64,000 bases of DNA, taken from assembly GCA_947478465.1 (NCBI GenBank), contig CANJWH010000010.1:991-64990 (forward strand). The letters run 5' to 3'. The translations under genes were made by a program, and so were the position numbers. Origin of the DNA: Bacteroidota bacterium. Lineage in GTDB: Bacteria > Bacteroidota > Bacteroidia > SXHM01. Shown in pieces: positions 59,501-64,000 of the stretch (position 1 is the stretch's first letter; each line of letters opens with the position of its first letter). Under the pieces are notes generated by a model. It was not told the origin of the DNA. It did no database searches and saw only the letters and a list, made by a program, of their open reading frames with translations.

Positions 59501-62500
59501 GTAGTTCCGTTATCTAAGTCAATACCAGTTATAACAACGTTTCCGTTTGCATCCAAAGCAACCGTAATATTCTGACAAACGATAGTTGGATTAATGGTAT
59601 CCTGAACAGTTACAACAGCTGTGCAGGTTGAAATATTTCCGGAGTTATCGGTAGCAGTTAATGTTACAGTATTAGTTCCAACATTTGAACAATCAAATGC
59701 AGAAGGCGAAACAGTAAGTGAAGCAATTCCGCAGGCAGCGTTTGTTCCGCCATCAACTTGTGCAGCTGTAATAATTACGTTTCCGGTTGCATCTAATTGA
59801 ACCGTGATGTCCTGGCAAACTGCAGCAGGCGCAACATTATTCTCAACTGTAACAATGGCTGTGCAGGTTGAAGAATTTCCGTATGCATCTGTAACAGTTA
59901 AGATAACTGTATTAATACCTTCATCTGTGCAATCAAATGTTGTTTGACTTGCTGTGAATGTTAATCCTGAATTGATGTCCGAACAATTATCTGTTGAACC
60001 ACCATCAATATCAATTGCACTGATTGTAACGTTTCCATTTGCATCTAACTGAACGGTAATATTCTGACAGATTGCAACAGGAGAAACAGTATCAGAAACC
60101 GTAACTATTGCATCGCATGAAGATGAATTTCCATAAGCATCAGTTACTGTTAAAGTAATTGTATTTGCACCGATGTTTGAACAATCAAATGAAGTTTGAC
60201 TTGCGCTGAATGTTAATCCTGAGCCCGAAGTTGAGCAGTTATCACTTGAACCGTTGTCAATGTCAGTAGCAACAGTTACTACATTTCCGTTTGCATCTAA
60301 CTGAACTATGATGTTCTGACAGATTACTGTTGGGTTTGTGTCATCCTGAATTGTTACTGTTGCACTGCACGTAGAAGAATTTCCATTGTTATCAGTTACA
60401 GTTAATGTTACCGTGTTTGCACCAATATTTGAGCAATCAAATGCTGAAGGAGAAACTGTCATTGAAGCAATTCCGCATGCATCAGAAGAATTGTTGTTTA
60501 CCTGAGCAGCAGTGATAACAGCATTTCCATTTGCATCTAAGTTTACAGTTATGTTCTGACAAATTGCAATTGGAGCCGTGTTATCCTGAACAGTAACGAT
60601 TGCTGTGCAGGTAGAAATATTTCCATGATTATCGGTTACAGTTAAAGTAACAGTGTTAGTTCCAACATTTGAACACGTGAATGATGAAGGAGAAACTGAA
60701 AGCGAAGCAATTCCGCATGCATCTGAAGAACCATTGTCAATTTGTGCTGCTGTGATAGAAGCAATACCCGCAGCGTTCAGTTGAACAGTGATATTCTGAC
60801 ATTGAGCAATCGGAGCAACATGATCCTGAATAGTAACAATAGCTGAGCAGGTTGCTGTGTTTCCGCTTTGGTCAGTAACAGTTAAGGTTACAGTATTTGC
60901 TCCTATGTTAGAGCAATTAAATGAAGAAGGATTAACACTTAATGTAACTGGTCCGCACTGGTCGCCTGAACCGTTATCAACCTGTGCCGCAGTAATGGTT
61001 GCATTCCCGTTTGCATCCAGTTGAACAGTAATGTTACGACAAAGTGCAATAGGAGGGTTGTTGTCTAAAACAGTAACAGTTGCTGTGCATGTGCTTTGAT
61101 TTCCGTTGTTATCAATTACTGTTAATGTTACTGTATTTGCACCAACATTCGCACAAGTAAATGTTGAAGGCGAAACACTCATTGCAGCAATCCCACAGTT
61201 GTCAAAAGAACCTCCATCCACATCAACAGGAAGAATGGAAATATTTCCGGTTGCATCTAACTGAACAGTTATGTTCTGACAGATTGCAGTTGGAGGTGTG
61301 CTTGCATTATCCTGTACTGTTATTGTTGCTGTGCAGGTAGAAACATTTCCGTTTACATCAGTAACAGTAAGTGTTACTGTATTTGCGCCAACATTTAAAC
61401 AGTTGAAAGTAATTTGCGGCTGTCCGTTAATAGCGATGGAAGCAATTCCGCAATTATCATTTGAACCATTATTGATTTGCGCAGCTGTTACAATTACAGA
61501 ACCTGTTTGGTCTAACTGAACAGTTATGTTCTGACAGATTGCAATAGGATCTACATTATCCTCAACCGTAACCGTAGCAGTGCATGAAGAAACATTTCCG
61601 TTTACATCTGTAACTGTTAATGTAACTGTATTTACTCCAACGTTTGCACAGCTGAAAGCAACCTGTTTTTGACCATTAATGGTTGATGAACCAATTCCGC
61701 ATGCATCGCTGGAAGCACCGGTAACCTGCGAATCTGTAACAATAACAATTCCATTTGAATCAAGTTCAACAATTATATTCTGACAAATGACTACAGGTGC
61801 AATTGTATCTTCAACAGTAACATTTGCAAGGCATGTAGAACTGTTTCCGCTAAGGTCGGTAACAGTTAAAGTAACCGTGTTAAGTCCAACATTTGAACAA
61901 TTAAATGTATTAGGAGAAACCGAAAGAGATGCAATTCCGCAATTATCAAAAGAACCGCCATCAACATCTGCAGCAACAATAGAAGCATTTCCTGTAGCAT
62001 CAAGCTGCACAGTTATATTCTGACAGATAGCTGTAGGTGGTGTGCTTGTATTATCAACAACTGTAATAGTTGCATTGCAGGTAGAAGTATTTCCATTCAC
62101 ATCAGTAACAGTAAGTGTTACTGTATTTGCACCAACATTTAAACAGTTGAAAGTAATTTGCGGTTGTCCGTTAATAGCGATGGAAGCAATTCCGCAATTA
62201 TCATTTGAACCATTATTGATTTGCGCAGCTGTTACAATTACAGAACCTGTTTGGTCTAACTGAACAGTTATGTTCTGACATATTGCATTCGGGTTAATAT
62301 TGTCTTGAACAGTTACAGTAGCATTACAAGTAGAAACATTTCCGTTTATATCTGTTACAGTAAGTGTTACCGTATTAGCTCCAACATTTGCACAGGTAAA
62401 CGTGTTTGGCGAAACGGATATGGATGCAATACCGCACGCATCTGAGCTTCCGTTGTTAACCTGTGCTGCTGCTACTGAAGCATTACCACCTGCGTTTAAC

Positions 62501-63999
62501 TGAACTGTTACGTTATGACAAAGTGCAACCGGTGGAGTAACATCAACAACAGTTACTGTTGCATTACATGAAGATGAATTTCCATTATTGTCAGTAACAG
62601 TTAGAGTTACTGAATTTGCACCAACATTCACACATGTAAATGAAGAAGGTGTAACAGACATTGAAGCAATACCACATGCATCAGAGCTTCCGTTGTTTAT
62701 TTGTGAGGCAGTAATTGTTGCTGTTCCTGCAGCATTCAAATTAATGCTGATGTTTTGACAAATGGCAACAGGATTTGTATTGTCAACGACAGTTACAGTA
62801 GCAGTGCATACAGAAGTATTTCCATTAACATCAGTAACTGTAAGTGTAACGGTGTTTGCTCCAACATTTGCGCACGTAAACGAAGAAGGTGAAACAGATA
62901 TTGAAGCAATACCACAGGCATCACTGCTGTTGTTATTTATCTGTGAAGCAGTAATTGAGGCTTTACCTGCAGCACTTAAATTAACAGTAATATTCTGGCA
63001 ATTTGCTACAGGAGCAACAATGTCCTGGACAGTAACGGTAGCATTACAGGTTGAAACATTTCCATGAATATCTGTTACGGTAAGCGTAACTGTATTAGCT
63101 CCTACATTTGCACAATTGAATGAACTTGGTGAAACATTTACTGATGCAATACCGCATGCATCCGAACTTCCGTTATTTATTTGTGATGCTGTGATGGATA
63201 CATTTCCTAAAGAGTTTAACTGAACTGTAATATTCTGACAAATCGCAGTTGGAGGTGTAACATCTGCAACTGTAACAACAGCATTGCAGGTTGAAGAATT
63301 TCCATGTATATCAGTTACAGTTAAGGTTACAGTATTAGCGCCAATATTTGCACATGTGAATGTTGACGGAGAAACTGAAAGGGATGCAATACCGCAAGCA
63401 TCAGTGGAGCCGTTATTTATTTGTGCTGCTGTAATCGAAACAGTTCCTGCTGAATTGAGATTAACACTTATATTTTGACAAACAGCAACAGGATTTGTGT
63501 TGTCAACAACGGTAACAGTAGCATTGCAGGTTGAAGAATTTCCGTTTACATCAGTAACTGTAAGTGTAACGGTGTTTGCTCCGACATTAGCACAAGTAAA
63601 AGAAGAAGGAGAAACAGAAATAGAAGCAATACCGCAAGCATCAGATGAGCCGTTGTTTACCTGTGAAGCATTAATGGAAATATTTCCTGTAGCATCAAGG
63701 TCAACAGTAATGTTCTGACAAACTGCAACAGGATTAATGTTATCTACTACAGTAACAGTAGCAGAGCAGGTAGAAACATTTCCGTTCACATCTGTAACAG
63801 TTAATGTTACAGGATTAGGTCCAACACCGGCACATGTAAACGAAGATGGGTTAACGGTCATGGATGCAATTCCGCATGCATCAGAACTACCGTTATTAAT
63901 CTGTGCTGCTGTTATAGTAACATTTCCTGCTGCATTTAACTGAGCTGTAATATTCTGGCAAAGAGCAGTTGGAGGAGTAATATCAGCAATGGTAACAGT
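53551..63999 (-). CDS. Giant T9SS type-B surface adhesin (partial; >3480 aa) with ~80-aa Cys-containing HYR/Ig-like repeats, SprB repeats, PKD domains and gliding-motility CTD
   Basis: The frame stays open to the window end (63999). Repeats P.A.CQNITV.L...G...I.A.Q..NGSSDACG...VTLTVTD.NGN.STC.ATVTV.D, then GGT.PY.Y.WSNG SprB units, W.FG.G PKD units, and CTD MPNA...IFDKWG...WDG...G.Y. Confidence 0.93.
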   Translation of the reverse strand, partial: TVTIADITPPTALCQNITAQLNAAGNVTITAAQINNGSSDACGIASMTVNPSSFTCAGVGPNPVTLTVTDVNGNVSTCSATVTVVDNINPVAVCQNITVDLDATGNISINASQVNNGSSDACGIASISVSPSSFTCANVGANTVTLTVTDVNGNSSTCNATVTVVDNTNPVAVCQNISVNLNSAGTVSITAAQINNGSTDACGIASLSVSPSTFTCANIGANTVTLTVTDIHGNSSTCNAVVTVADVTPPTAICQNITVQLNSLGNVSITASQINNGSSDACGIASVNVSPSSFNCANVGANTVTLTVTDIHGNVSTCNATVTVQDIVAPVANCQNITVNLSAAGKASITASQINNNSSDACGIASISVSPSSFTCANVGANTVTLTVTDVNGNTSVCTATVTVVDNTNPVAICQNISINLNAAGTATITASQINNGSSDACGIASMSVTPSSFTCVNVGANSVTLTVTDNNGNSSSCNATVTVVDVTPPVALCHNVTVQLNAGGNASVAAAQVNNGSSDACGIASISVSPNTFTCANVGANTVTLTVTDINGNVSTCNATVTVQDNINPNAICQNITVQLDQTGSVIVTAAQINNGSNDNCGIASIAINGQPQITFNCLNVGANTVTLTVTDVNGNTSTCNATITVVDNTSTPPTAICQNITVQLDATGNASIVAADVDGGSFDNCGIASLSVSPNTFNCSNVGLNTVTLTVTDLSGNSSTCLANVTVEDTIAPVVICQNIIVELDSNGIVIVTDSQVTGASSDACGIGSSTINGQKQVAFSCANVGVNTVTLTVTDVNGNVSSCTATVTVEDNVDPIAICQNITVQLDQTGSVIVTAAQINNGSNDNCGIASIAINGQPQITFNCLNVGANTVTLTVTDVNGNVSTCTATITVQDNASTPPTAICQNITVQLDATGNISILPVDVDGGSFDNCGIAAMSVSPSTFTCANVGANTVTLTVIDNNGNQSTCTATVTVLDNNPPIALCRNITVQLDANGNATITAAQVDNGSGDQCGPVTLSVNPSSFNCSNIGANTVTLTVTDQSGNTATCSAIVTIQDHVAPIAQCQNITVQLNAAGIASITAAQIDNGSSDACGIASLSVSPSSFTCSNVGTNTVTLTVTDNHGNISTCTAIVTVQDNTAPIAICQNITVNLDANGNAVITAAQVNNNSSDACGIASMTVSPSAFDCSNIGANTVTLTVTDNNGNSSTCSATVTIQDDTNPTVICQNIIVQLDANGNVVTVATDIDNGSSDNCSTSGSGLTFSASQTSFDCSNIGANTITLTVTDAYGNSSSCDAIVTVSDTVSPVAICQNITVQLDANGNVTISAIDIDGGSTDNCSDINSGLTFTASQTTFDCTDEGINTVILTVTDAYGNSSTCTAIVTVENNVAPAAVCQDITVQLDATGNVIITAAQVDGGTNAACGIASLTVSPSAFDCSNVGTNTVTLTATDNSGNISTCTAVVTVQDTINPTIVCQNITVALDANGNVVITGIDLDNGTTDNCSNSGSGLIYTASQTNFDCSNIGANTVTLTVTDANGNSSSCDAVVTITDTVSPTVICQNITVQLDANGNAVITAVEVDNGSFDNCSTPNNGLTYSVSETNFDCSNVGANTVTLTVTDAFGNSSSCTATVTINDEIDPIAICQDITVQLDANGQVTIDSSQVNNGSSDNCGIATMTVNPNTFTCAGIGTNSVTLTVTDVNGNVSTCISTVTVQDNVDPIAICRDITIDLDGTGNISIVSSQVDNGSSDACGIASMTVSPNTFDCSNVGSNTVTLTVTDLNGNVATCSSTVTVVDATNPNAICQNITVALDSNGVISITAAQIDNGSTDACGIDTMIISVSSFNCGNVGENLVTLTVTDVNGNSDNCFSTITVVDNIAPEFTLCPADIVIQPDSSNCNPYATWNTPIATDNCAVTSLTSNFQSGNSFPVGTTTVTYTAIDASGNTTTCSFDITVLANPLLVSAVADTFSCGFNITCPGGNNGTATALPAGGCMPYSYLWSNGQTSQVATGLSATTYSVTVTDGLGNTATTSITLTEPTPLTVDSLTSPVNAGGWNINCANTNNGSINLALSGGADCADYNYAWTGPNGFTSTDENLVFVFAGTYYVTITDINGCSINDSITLTEPELLEVNLIDQHNVSCSGLADGYATVDATGGASGYQYLWSDGQTSSTATNLSAGVYFVSVTDNNGCIASTNVLIGEPNPLIAYATVTSDYNGTDISCAGDADGMAEVLVNGGTPGYTYQWSNGSTDYFATDLAAGTYFVTSTDANGCDTTVSVTLVDPMVLTADVVSIVTPSCNGVANGSATVQAAGGTPGYFYFWSNTQTGSTATGLAAGTYTVTVSDTNGCNVILTVIVGEPQPLAIPSNNIAVSDVSCNGGNDGAIDITPSGGTAPYSYSWSNGSTTEDISGLIAGTYSITLADSLGCDTTINIVVNEPEQLVATISSTTQPSCNGNNNGSATVSVTGGTAPYTYLWVNGQTNATATNLAEGIYDVTVTDANNCTTTTQAGIVNPITLTVSADVTSDFNSEDVSCFGAGNGVATATPSGGTAPYTYLWSNGQTGSVASNLFAGTYIVTAADANGCSSTDTIQVVNPTQLTAVIENTSSVSCAGVANGSATVNVTGGVAPYTYSWANGQTTQTATGLAFGIHQVTVVDANGCSQTVFADITEPPSLTATILDILNVTCNGGSNGAGFINVIGGTAPYTFLWSNGATTHDLNGVGAGEYSVQITDASGCDTSLSLVITQPSPMSAFIENQVNVGCAGGATGSASINVSGGIPGYTYVWDNGQTTQTVSDLPAGLHSVTIRDANQCITIVNFVITENAVLSAGDVDVNNVTCNGENNGSISFNIAGGNTPYTYAWSNGQTTVPATNLLAGDYSVNITDSTGCALQLSFTVSEPAALDLTISNIVQPACGGSATGIATVAVVGGTPTYHYAWDNGQTTATATNLTSGSHTVIVTDAAGCSDSTTVTISAPGNMAISLIGSSQPTCFGGVNGTATVLVTGGTTPYSYDWTPSNNTTSTATGLSAGIYIVIATDANGCAASQTITIGQPAQLVADINSIGNVVCAGDSITISATATGGNGVYTYSWNNGLGNGASHIVLPSVPTTYVVTVTDGLGCVGTQDSVTVTISAPPVAAFTVPSTNTYSCTYPVTVDFTNTSTNAVSYSWNFGNGTNATTTNGQASFDTTGTYTVVLTATSASGCIDTSDYVYNVYPAPTASFALSGNSGCAPYTVTFTNNSVDGVTYYWSFGDGDTSMLSNPSHTYEIPGTYDVTLVVSGGGICNDTLELTSAVTVLQTPVADFTSDYFNVVDPDGQIQFTNLSTGATTYDWDFGDGQTSTLTDPINNYSDNGEFDVTLIAYSGAGCSDTITQTVEVELFKGLFMPNALIVGGDGDFGYFLPKGIGVATYHCMIFDKWGNLLWESSKLIDGKPVESWDGRYNGVVVPQGAYIWKADATFMDGTQWEGMEHEDGRFSNTGNVTVLQ

Positions 64000-64000
64000 A

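Noticed and set aside
53637..63943. Many short + strand ORFs over the adhesin, and similar antisense ORFs elsewhere in the track
   Set aside because: Shadow frames of real genes with no independent motifs.

Overview
A 64 kb chromosomal window from a Bacteroidota bacterium, indicated by TAnnTTTG-type -7 promoter boxes, A-rich translation starts without Shine-Dalgarno sites, and many type IX secretion (T9SS) C-terminal sorting domains. Most of it is housekeeping: cysCDN, manC, rnhA, ssb, sodA, fumC, phnW, nhaD, purQ, cysS, metF, tatD, ansA, tRNA-Ser(GGA) and mfd. Two parts stand out. (1) At 23.8-29.2 kb, a T9SS-cargo cluster holds two tandem paralogues. Each fuses an atypical c-type cytochrome domain to a complete PHM/DBH-like two-copper monooxygenase ligand set, and a pair of paralogous secreted proteins brackets them. 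(2) At 48.6-53.4 kb, an integrase-free accessory patch follows mfd. It holds a diverged second copy of the mfd 3' end, a protein with 7 zinc-finger repeats around a PD-(D/E)xK/Vsr-like nuclease core, a non-coding array with 21-bp period upstream of an XRE-type HTH gene, and a RelE/ParE-type toxin-antitoxin pair. Intergenic spaces carry several families of REP-like hairpins and short 7-9-mer inverted-repeat elements. The window ends inside a T9SS type-B repeat adhesin of more than 3400 aa. No CRISPR array, rRNA, transposase or integrase was seen. All family assignments come from motif recognition by eye, not from database searches.
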